A DNA stretch of 64,000 nt. It comes from Acidobacteriota bacterium. Its GTDB lineage: Bacteria > Acidobacteriota > UBA6911 > RPQK01 > JAJDTT01. Below, one piece after another: positions 56,945-64,000 of this stretch. The stretch is from assembly GCA_965231825.1 (NCBI GenBank), contig OZ246889.1, positions 2,319,443 to 2,383,442 of the forward strand, written 5' to 3'. The notes under the pieces were generated by a model. The model was not told where the DNA came from and did not search any database. It saw only the letters and a program-made list of their open reading frames with translations. The position numbers were made by a program, and so were the translations under genes. The first letter of the stretch is position 1, and every line of letters starts with the position of its first letter.

Positions 56945-58630
56945 ATGAAGAGCGTCAAGGGAATTATTCTTCCGATCTTTCTCGTTATTGCGGTGCCCTT
57001 CTTGCGGGCTGTTCCCCAGGAAAAATCGACCTCTGATCAGACCGCTCCCAAGATGCCGAAGATCGACCGGCCCGAGTCATGGGCGGATCGGATGCGCCGT
57101 GAGAGGCCGGTCCGGGAGTTGAGCGTCAAGGACGCCATCCGGCTGGCGTTGGTCAATAACCTGGAGATCGCCATCGAGGACTACAATGAGGATTTGAACC
57201 GCCAGTGGATCTTCGGAACCCGGGGTTTTTACGATCCGAGGCTCCGGTTCGAGGTCGGCTGGGCGGCCACCGAGAATCCGGCTCGGTCCATTTTGGACGC
57301 GGGCCAGGGAATTCCGGTGAACACTACGGATCGGATCTACTTCGACACGTCGCTGGTGCAGAATCTGCCAAACGGCAGCAGCGTCGCCTTGAACTTCAAC
57401 AACAACCGCTTCAGCACCAACAGCGCCTTCTCCTTCATGAACCCCTCTTTCGGATCCAACTTCGCCGTGTCCCTGCGCCAGCCGCTGATGAGGGGATTTC
57501 GACAGACTCAGACCAGGCGTCAGCTCAAGCTCTACAACCTGGAGACCGAGATCAACGACAGCCAGTTTCAACAGAAGGTGTCGGAGATCGTCCAGCAGGT
57601 GCAGAACCAGTACTGGGAGCTGGTGTTCGCCATCGAGAGCTACGAGGCCATTCGCAAGTCCATGGAACTGGCCATTATTCAGCACGAGAACAACCAGAAA
57701 CGGGTCCAGATCGGAGTCATGGCGCCCATCGAGATCACTGCCTCCCGAGCCGAGGTGGCTACGCGCGAGCAGGAGATGATCCAGTCGGAGGTTCAGATCA
57801 TCACCTCCCAGAACGGACTCAAGCGGTATCTGGCCCCGGACCCGACGGCGCCCATCTGGAATCTGACCCTGATCCCGACTCAGCTTCCCCGGGTCCAGGA
57901 TTTGGCGATCACCATGGACGAGGCCATTGCCAGGGCCATGGAGCGGCGTCCCGAGTTGGAACAGAATCGGTTGCTCCGGGAACAGGTCGAGGTGGACCGG
58001 GAATACTACCGGCGGGAAGGAAGGCCCACCGTGGACCTGGTGGCGAGCCTGACCAACACCGGACGGGCCGGGGAGGTCTTCGGGAGCGAATTCGTGGATA
58101 GCGATGGAGACGGCGTTCCCGACATGCGATTGGAGAACGTGCCTCAGACGTCGAGTCCTTTCTTCGGCAGTTTCGGGAATTCGTGGGGCCAGGTCTTCGG
58201 ATTCAACTACATGAACTACACTCTGGGCGTCAGCGTGGAGATTCCCCTGAAGAACCGGGCCAACGACGCGGAGCGAGCGAGAATCCTGATCCGGGACCGC
58301 CGGCTGGCCAGCCAACTGAAGAACCAGCAGCAGATGGTCATCGTGGAAGTTCGCAATGCCTACGAGAGCATCGCCACCCAGAGGAAGCGCCTGGAAGCAG
58401 CCGGGGTTGCGCGCCAGCTCTCGGAGGCCCAGTTGGAGGGCGAAAACAAGCGTTTCCAGGCCGGCCTGTCCACCAACTTCGAAGTGCTCCGGTATCAGAG
58501 GGACCTGAGTCAGGCGCAGGTGCAGGAACTGAGGGCTCGGGTGGACTACCAGCAGGCCGTGACCGACCTGGAGAAGGCCATGTACACCATCGTCGACAAC
58601 AATGACATCGTACTGGCCCGCCGTGATTAG
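56945..58630 (+). CDS. TolC-like outer-membrane efflux protein (OEP family)
   Basis: Signal peptide MKSVKGIILPIFLVIAVPFLRA. Two OEP repeats with coiled-coil segments (..LSVKDAIRLALVNNLEIAIEDYNEDL.. / ..LELAIIQHENNQ..). No adjacent RND/ABC partner in the window. Confidence 0.8.
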   Translation: MKSVKGIILPIFLVIAVPFLRAVPQEKSTSDQTAPKMPKIDRPESWADRMRRERPVRELSVKDAIRLALVNNLEIAIEDYNEDLNRQWIFGTRGFYDPRLRFEVGWAATENPARSILDAGQGIPVNTTDRIYFDTSLVQNLPNGSSVALNFNNNRFSTNSAFSFMNPSFGSNFAVSLRQPLMRGFRQTQTRRQLKLYNLETEINDSQFQQKVSEIVQQVQNQYWELVFAIESYEAIRKSMELAIIQHENNQKRVQIGVMAPIEITASRAEVATREQEMIQSEVQIITSQNGLKRYLAPDPTAPIWNLTLIPTQLPRVQDLAITMDEAIARAMERRPELEQNRLLREQVEVDREYYRREGRPTVDLVASLTNTGRAGEVFGSEFVDSDGDGVPDMRLENVPQTSSPFFGSFGNSWGQVFGFNYMNYTLGVSVEIPLKNRANDAERARILIRDRRLASQLKNQQQMVIVEVRNAYESIATQRKRLEAAGVARQLSEAQLEGENKRFQAGLSTNFEVLRYQRDLSQAQVQELRARVDYQQAVTDLEKAMYTIVDNNDIVLARRD

Positions 58631-58709
58631 TCGGCTGCTCGAACAGCGCCATCTCCCGTCGGTCCCGGGAAACGCGGATTCTTCCGAGCTGCGCGTATAA
58701 TTGCGGGAG

Positions 58710-59525
58710 ATGGATTGGATCGCAGTCGTGCCGGCCCTGGCCGGATTGGTGGTCGGAAGCTTTCTCAACGTCTGCATTCATCGTCTCCCGCGCCGGGAGT
58801 CGGTCATCCGGCCCCGTTCCCGCTGTCCCAACTGCTCGAAACCGATATCGGCCGGGGACAACATTCCGGTCTTGAGCTTCTTGCTCCTCAAGGGCCGCTG
58901 CCGCTCCTGCCACCGGCGCATCTCGCTCCAATACCCGCTGGTGGAGGCCGCGACCGCAGTTCTCTTTGTTGCCGCTTGGATGCGGTTTGGCTGGTCCTCG
59001 AGCTTCATCGTCTGCTGCCTTTTCCTGGCGTTGATCCTGACCCTCTCGGTCGTCGACCTCTACCATCGAATCCTGCCCGATGTCCTGACGCTGGGAGGTT
59101 TGGCGGCCGGCGTCGTCCTGTCGCCCCTTCAAGATCCGGGTTTCTTCCACTGGGAGGCGGGGCCGGCGTCGCTCCCGGCCTGGAACCACCTGGGGTTCTC
59201 TCTCCTGGGAGCCGGGCTGGGGGGCGGCTTCCTGTGGCTGATCGCCACCCTCTACCGCCGTTTTTCGGGTGTCGACGGGATGGGATTCGGCGACGTCAAG
59301 ATGACCGCCATGCTGGGCGCATTCCTGGGCTGGAGGTGTGCCTGGCTAAGTGTCTTCCTGGGTTCGGTGCTGGGGGCCGTCGCCGGCGCCATCTACATGC
59401 GGGCCCGCTCCAAGGGCAGGAGCTACCCGTTGCCGTTCGGCACCTTTCTGGGTGTCGCCGCGGCTGCGTCGGCCCTTTGGGGGCCCGGGATTCTACGCTG
59501 GTATTTCTCCAATTCGCCTTCCTGA
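58710..59525 (+). CDS. pilD: Prepilin peptidase (A24 family, PilD/GspO)
   Basis: N-terminal CxxC...CxxC zinc motifs (RCPNCSKPI...GRCRSCHRRI). Catalytic DGMGFGDVKM. 8 TM. A consensus TATAAT lies at 58696-58701 with a GGGAG RBS. Confidence 0.9.
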   Translation: MDWIAVVPALAGLVVGSFLNVCIHRLPRRESVIRPRSRCPNCSKPISAGDNIPVLSFLLLKGRCRSCHRRISLQYPLVEAATAVLFVAAWMRFGWSSSFIVCCLFLALILTLSVVDLYHRILPDVLTLGGLAAGVVLSPLQDPGFFHWEAGPASLPAWNHLGFSLLGAGLGGGFLWLIATLYRRFSGVDGMGFGDVKMTAMLGAFLGWRCAWLSVFLGSVLGAVAGAIYMRARSKGRSYPLPFGTFLGVAAAASALWGPGILRWYFSNSPS

Positions 59526-59535
59526 CGAACGCGTG

Positions 59536-60819
59536 ATGCGGATCAGCAACACGCCTTTCCGGGTCAACGGGCGGGAATACCGGCCTCCGGCCAAGCCGCT
59601 GGTGGTGGTCTGCATCGATGGATGCGGACCCGACTACCTGGAGGTCTCCAGGAGCCGGGGCTGCATGCCGCACCTGGACGGTCTGGCCGCAGGCGGGTTC
59701 GAGTCCGTGGTCCGGGGCGCTCTGCCCTCCTTCACGAACGTGAACAATGCGGCCATCGTCTCCGGGGTCCCACCGTCCGTGACCGGTATCAGCGGCAACT
59801 TCTTTCTCGATCCCGGGACCGGGCGGGAACTGATGATGAACTCATCCCGCTACGTCCGGTGCGAAACGATTCTGGCGGCGGCGTCTCGTGCCGGCAGAAA
59901 GGTGGCCATGGTGACGGCCAAAGAGAAACTCCGGGATCTGCTCACGAAAGGGCTGAAGGGAATCGCGTTTTCTTCCGAGCGAGCTGCCGTCGCCTCTATC
60001 GAGACCCACGGCATCGCGAACCTGGAAGACCTGGTGGGCAGGCCACAGCCGGAGATCTACAGCGCCGACGCCAGCCTCTTCGTGCTGGCGGCCGGGGCCA
60101 GACTCGTCCAGAGGAATCTAGCCGATTTTCTCTTCCTCTCCCTATCGGACTACATGCAGCACAAGTATCCTCCCGAGTCTTCCCGGTCGCTGGAATTCCA
60201 CCAGGCGCTGGACCGGGAGATCGGCGCACTGCTGGAGACCGGCGCCCGGGTTGGAGTGACCGCGGATCACGGAATGAATTCCAAGTCCCGGACCGACGGG
60301 AGCCCCAACGTCGTCTACCTCAAATCGCTGTTGAGAGATCGTTTCGGAGAGGCGGTTCGAGTGGTCTGTCCCATCACGGACCCCTACGTCGTTCACCACG
60401 GCTCTCTGGGTTCGGCGGTCATGGTGCACGTGACCGAACCGCTCAAGGCCGCTGCCGTGGCCGCTTGGATCCGCCGGCTGCCCGGCATCGACCAAGTCTA
60501 CGACCGCACTGCGGCGTCGAGAGAACTGGAACTGCCGGCCGATCGCATCGGCGACCTGGTCGTGATGGCGGACGCGGGCGTTGTCATCGGAAGGACCCCT
60601 GCCGACCATGATTTGAGCGTCCTGAACGAACCTCTTCGATCTCACGGCGGGCGCCATGAACAGATGGTCCCCATGCTGCTTTCCGAGCCCTTGAGCGACG
60701 AGTATGAGGCCCGGGCGGCCGAGGGAGCCCGGAATTTCCACATTTTCGACTACCTCTGCAACGGCGTTCGAGAGGCAAGAGTAAAGCTCCCTCACCGGTC
60801 CGGTCCGCCGGACGCCTAG
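59536..60819 (+). CDS. Phosphonoacetate-hydrolase-like (PhnA) alkaline-phosphatase-superfamily enzyme
   Basis: VVVCIDGCGPDYL, SFTNVNNAAIVSGVPPSVTGISGNFFLD and TADHGM follow the PhnA / type I phosphodiesterase pattern. Start at ATG 59536 (MRISNTPF). Confidence 0.75.
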   Translation: MRISNTPFRVNGREYRPPAKPLVVVCIDGCGPDYLEVSRSRGCMPHLDGLAAGGFESVVRGALPSFTNVNNAAIVSGVPPSVTGISGNFFLDPGTGRELMMNSSRYVRCETILAAASRAGRKVAMVTAKEKLRDLLTKGLKGIAFSSERAAVASIETHGIANLEDLVGRPQPEIYSADASLFVLAAGARLVQRNLADFLFLSLSDYMQHKYPPESSRSLEFHQALDREIGALLETGARVGVTADHGMNSKSRTDGSPNVVYLKSLLRDRFGEAVRVVCPITDPYVVHHGSLGSAVMVHVTEPLKAAAVAAWIRRLPGIDQVYDRTAASRELELPADRIGDLVVMADAGVVIGRTPADHDLSVLNEPLRSHGGRHEQMVPMLLSEPLSDEYEARAAEGARNFHIFDYLCNGVREARVKLPHRSGPPDA

Positions 60820-60895
60820 GAGAAACAGGCATCGAGTCCCTCCGGCTCCGTCATCCTCAACGGGACCATCTCCCCTGCCGAGCCTGCTGGGCGCA

Positions 60896-60968
60896 ACCGG
60901 CCCGCCTCTCCTCACTCTTTTTTCTTTCCTCTCTTCTCTTTCCTCATCTTCGCGTTTTTCCCTTCCCC
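60896..60968. repeat. ~70-nt polypyrimidine (CT) / polypurine tract; second copy of a GA-rich ~45-nt motif also present at 53250-53290
   Basis: + strand reads cctctcctcactcttttttctttcctctcttctctttcctcatcttcgcgtttttcccttcccc. Its reverse complement contains ATGAGGAAAGAG...AAAAGAGTGAGG, matching 53247-53286 ATGAGGAAAGAG...AAAAGAGTGAAG. Confidence 0.5.
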
Positions 60969-61007
60969 AGCGTTTGGTGCAGATAGGAAACCCAATAACC
61001 AAAGGAG

Positions 61008-61322
61008 GTGCACATGCGAAAGAGTTTCTTGTTCTTGACCTTGCTGATGGCCACGCCCTGGCTCTGGTGTCCGGATGCCGCGGCTGCGGACAAGCTGGAT
61101 TTGAATCAGGCGACCGTGGAAGAGTTGGACAGTCTCCCAGGTGTCGGACCGGCGATCGCCAGACGAATCGTGGCGTTCCGGGAGAAAAATGGGGCCTTCA
61201 AGAGGATCGAGGACCTGATGAACGTCCGGGGCATCGGGGAGAAGACCTTTCTGAGGCTCAGAGACCGGATCATGGTCAACGCCCCTTCCTCTGCTCCGAA
61301 GGAGCAGGCGAAGCGTCAGTAG
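61008..61322 (+). CDS. comEA: Competence protein ComEA (helix-hairpin-helix DNA-binding)
   Basis: Signal peptide, then LDLNQATVEELDSLPGVGPAIARRIVAFREKNGAFKRIEDLMNVRGIGEKTF (tandem HhH). Confidence 0.9.
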   Translation: MHMRKSFLFLTLLMATPWLWCPDAAAADKLDLNQATVEELDSLPGVGPAIARRIVAFREKNGAFKRIEDLMNVRGIGEKTFLRLRDRIMVNAPSSAPKEQAKRQ

Positions 61323-61413
61323 CAGGCCGCCGCTCCACACCCCTGGCGTATCTTGTCGGCATTTTTCGCGAGATACGTCTCTGCGGACGCCGTCCTATTC
61401 GGTCCTTCATGAG

Positions 61414-61458
61414 AGTCCCGCGCGGCATCGGTCCCGGTGCCGCGCGGGACTTTCGGTT
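61414..61458 (+). terminator. Rho-independent terminator after comEA
   Basis: 13-bp perfect stem GTCCCGCGCGGCA / TGCCGCGCGGGAC with a 10-nt loop, followed by TTTCGGTT. Confidence 0.55.
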
Positions 61459-61472
61459 AAACTGGCGGCCGC

Positions 61473-63113
61473 ATGAGAGTCGAGCGTCTCGACCGCCGCC
61501 GGTTGCCGGGGCAGAGTCGACTTTTTCTCCAGTACCTGTACGATTTCGACCAGGTGGCACCGCTCTATCCGGCCGGACCGGCGCACACCAGTCCGGAGGC
61601 TCTGGAACAAAGAGCCGAGGCCGCGCGCGGACGGGACTCCCGGTTGCCCCGCGAGACTCTCGTCCGGATTCTCCACGATTTCAATGCCCGGGTGGGCTCC
61701 GGGCCCTCGACCGGCGAAAATATCGAGAAGCTGCGGGATTCGGGGACCGTGGCCGTGGTCACGGGCCAACAACTGGGCCTCTTCGGTGGACCGGCTCTCT
61801 CCGTCTACAAGGCGTTGACCGCCGTGAGCCTGGCCCGGTCGCTGGAGGCGCAAGGGTGTCCGGCGGTTCCCGTTTTCTGGCTTCCTTCCGATGACTCCGA
61901 TTTTCTGGAGACCCGCTCTACCGCCTTCATTGATCCGCAAGGATCGCTGCTTCGGCTGGGCTATTCCGGTCCCTCCCCACCTTCAGCAACCATGGCAGGC
62001 ACGGTTTCGCTGGAATCGGTGGGTGATCTTCTGAAGAGGCTCCAGGATGGCGCTCCCACTTCCGAGTTTCAGGAAGCGATCCTTGGAACCCTCGAATCGG
62101 CCTTCAAGCCCGGCACACCCTTTACCGATGCCCAGGGCCGCTGGCTCGCCCGGCTCTTTCGTAACCAGGGGCTCATTCTCTTCGACGCGCTCCACCCCGG
62201 ATACAAGGGCGCCTTGAGACCGGTGTTCGAGACAGCGGTCCTGGAGCGGAAACGCCTGATCCGCTCCCTGCGGAGGCGTGGGCAGAAGCTGGAGGCGGAT
62301 GGTTACCGGGTACAAGTGCCCGTGGACAGATCCGAGTCGCTCCTCTTCTGGCTCGAGGAGAGACGGCGTTACAAGTTGGAGTATCGATCCGGAGCCTATC
62401 GGAGCCGCGGAAGCCGCTCTCTCCGGCTGCGGCCGGAAGAGCTGCTGGAGCGGATACGAACCGGAACTGGTGAGTTCGGTCCCAACGTCTTATTGCGGCC
62501 CATCATTCAGGACCATCTTTTCCCGACCGTAGCTTACGTGGGAGGGCCGGCGGAGGTTGCCTATTTCAGCCAGATCGGCGCCATCAGTCCCTACTGGAAT
62601 ATCAAATGCTGTGTGTTCCCCAGGGTCGGGGTCACCGTAGTGGACCGGAAGTCCCAGCGGTTGCTGAAAAAGCACTCGCTGGATCTGGTCGAGCTGCTCA
62701 CCCTGGGAGCCTCCCGAATCACCCAACGTGTCGCCAGGGCAGGAGCTTCAAAGCACGTTCTGGAAGAGTTCGACCGGATCTCGGACGTGGTCCGGGAGAG
62801 CTTGACTCGGCTCCAGGGGGACATTGTCCGCGTTGACCCGAGTCTCGGCAAAATGGTTCCCAGGGCTTGGAAACGAGTCTTTTATCAGATGGACCGGGTG
62901 GAAAATCGATTCCTGGAAAACTATCGAAATCGCGACCGCGTCGCCGGTCGTCATCTGGACTATATCCATACCCGTCTTCATCCCGAGGAGAAGCTGCAGG
63001 AACGGGTCGTCAACTTCAATCAGTTCCTGATGGAAGAGGGCCCCGGGTTCATCGATGGCCTGTTGGAAGCGATCGACCCCTTCTGTATGGGCCACCAGGT
63101 GATCCATGTGTGA
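61473..63113 (+). CDS. bshC: Bacillithiol biosynthesis cysteine-adding enzyme BshC
   Basis: LFLQYLYD..., VTGQQLGLFGGPALSVYKAL, VPVFWLPSDDSD: BshC/DUF1022 hallmarks. 546 aa. Confidence 0.85.
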   Translation: MRVERLDRRRLPGQSRLFLQYLYDFDQVAPLYPAGPAHTSPEALEQRAEAARGRDSRLPRETLVRILHDFNARVGSGPSTGENIEKLRDSGTVAVVTGQQLGLFGGPALSVYKALTAVSLARSLEAQGCPAVPVFWLPSDDSDFLETRSTAFIDPQGSLLRLGYSGPSPPSATMAGTVSLESVGDLLKRLQDGAPTSEFQEAILGTLESAFKPGTPFTDAQGRWLARLFRNQGLILFDALHPGYKGALRPVFETAVLERKRLIRSLRRRGQKLEADGYRVQVPVDRSESLLFWLEERRRYKLEYRSGAYRSRGSRSLRLRPEELLERIRTGTGEFGPNVLLRPIIQDHLFPTVAYVGGPAEVAYFSQIGAISPYWNIKCCVFPRVGVTVVDRKSQRLLKKHSLDLVELLTLGASRITQRVARAGASKHVLEEFDRISDVVRESLTRLQGDIVRVDPSLGKMVPRAWKRVFYQMDRVENRFLENYRNRDRVAGRHLDYIHTRLHPEEKLQERVVNFNQFLMEEGPGFIDGLLEAIDPFCMGHQVIHV

Positions 63114-63810
63114 AGGAGTGGAAGTTCTCGCGGTAGGGGCGCATCCTGACGACATCGAGTTGGGTTGCGGCGGGACGCTGCTTCGCCTGAAGTCCCTGGG
63201 TCACCGCACAGGCGTCGTGGATCTGACACAGGGCGAGTTGGGAACCCGCGGTACGATCGAGACCCGGGCCCGCGAAGCCCGTCGCGCGGCTGCTCTTTTG
63301 GGTCTGGACTTCCGGGTGAACCTGGGTTTGAGGGACGGGAACGTGACTGTCGATGAAGAGAGTCGTCTGCAGTTGATTCGAGTGATCCGGCAGTACCGGC
63401 CCAAGCTCGTCCTGACTCACTCCAAATGGGGCCATCCGGACCACGGCAAGGCAACAGTTCTGGTAGAGGAAGCGGTGCATCATGCCGGCCTGGCGGCCAT
63501 CAAGACGCCTCAGCAGCGTTTCCGTCCGCGGCGGATCGCCTACTGGACCCATTTCGATCAGCCGGTCGTACCCGACGTCGGAGTGGACATTACGGGCTAC
63601 TACGAGCAGAAGGAGTGCGCTTTGGAGGCCTTTGCGTCCCAGTTGTATCGTTCGGACTCGAGCGAGCCCGCCACCTATCTCAGCGATCCACGGTTCCTGG
63701 AACGGATCCGGAGTTTTCACACGCACGTGGGGAGTCTAGTAGGATGCTCCTTGGCGGAGGGTTTCCTCATGTCCCGCCCCCCCCGGATCGGGGACCTGAC
63801 CGATTGCTGA
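63106..63810 (+). CDS. bshB: Bacillithiol biosynthesis deacetylase BshB (PIG-L/LmbE family)
   Basis: AVGAHPDDIELGCGGTLL (PIG-L signature) and HPDH. 8-nt overlap with bshC. Confidence 0.9.
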   Translation: MCEGVEVLAVGAHPDDIELGCGGTLLRLKSLGHRTGVVDLTQGELGTRGTIETRAREARRAAALLGLDFRVNLGLRDGNVTVDEESRLQLIRVIRQYRPKLVLTHSKWGHPDHGKATVLVEEAVHHAGLAAIKTPQQRFRPRRIAYWTHFDQPVVPDVGVDITGYYEQKECALEAFASQLYRSDSSEPATYLSDPRFLERIRSFHTHVGSLVGCSLAEGFLMSRPPRIGDLTDC

Positions 63811-63879
63811 GTTGAACGCCCCGCGGCTCCCGGCCAGTTCCGGTGGGCCGCGTCGGGGACGACACCGAGATGTTCGATC

Positions 63880-64000
63880 GCCAGTCTCAAGTCTACGGCA
63901 ACCTCCTTCAGGCAGCGGATATCGCCGTCGCCTTTCTGGCCTTGACCCTGGCCTATTTCTCCCGATCCTTGCTTGTGGAATGGGCGCCGGCCTCGATCGC
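63880..64000 (+). CDS. Partial: N-terminus of a putative polyprenyl-phosphate glycosyl-phosphotransferase (WbaP/sugar-transferase family)
   Basis: MFDRQSQVYGNLLQAADIAVAFLALTLAYFSRSLL... is the typical N-terminal TM region of EPS sugar transferases. Truncated by the window end. Confidence 0.35.

Noticed and set aside
1-64000. CRISPR arrays, tRNA/rRNA genes, IS elements, integrases
   Set aside because: I scanned for spaced direct repeats, tRNA-like cloverleaf segments in non-coding gaps, transposase/integrase motifs (DDE, R..Y recombinase) and terminal inverted repeats, and found none. The only repeats found are the GA/CT motif pair, the selB-tail duplication and short operator-like palindromes.

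Overview
This is a high-GC bacterial chromosomal segment. Composition and gene content (bshBC, pseudopilins, nuo, type III PKS) suggest a Gram-negative Acidobacteria-like organism, but that is inference only.

Most of the window is housekeeping, in order: cutA, tatA, selB, the conserved ffh-rpsP-KH-rimM-trmD-rplS block, thiE, argS, larC, metG-tatD, a polyprenyl-PP synthase, PBP1A, greA, nuoJKLMN, a thiS-thiG fusion, aroB, ubiE, tsaE-nnr, an M48 peptidase, a TolC-like OMP, the prepilin peptidase, comEA, bshC-bshB and the start of a sugar transferase.

Four accessory segments stand out:
1. A ~7.4 kb type I restriction-modification island (23.4-30.8 kb) whose hsdM...hsdS operon is interrupted by a vapBC pair and two tandem abiEi-like antitoxin genes with no abiEii toxin. 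The operon ends not in hsdR but in a 368-aa collapsed HsdR-N-terminus::AlbA_2/Schlafen-like fusion translationally coupled to hsdS. This is the best candidate for an undescribed defence arrangement.
2. A tandem duplication (3.6-5.9 kb) that produced two secreted spondin-N-like paralogs and copied the selB 3' end as a decaying remnant.
3. A type III PKS / ICMT-methyltransferase / Tat-signal flavin amine-oxidase cluster, in which the oxidase carries a +1 frameshift in a G9 homopolymer.
4. A gspH-I-J-K-like minor pseudopilin operon.

No rRNA, tRNA, CRISPR array, integrase or transposase was recognised. The many long ORFs antisense to real genes are high-GC shadow ORFs and are ignored.
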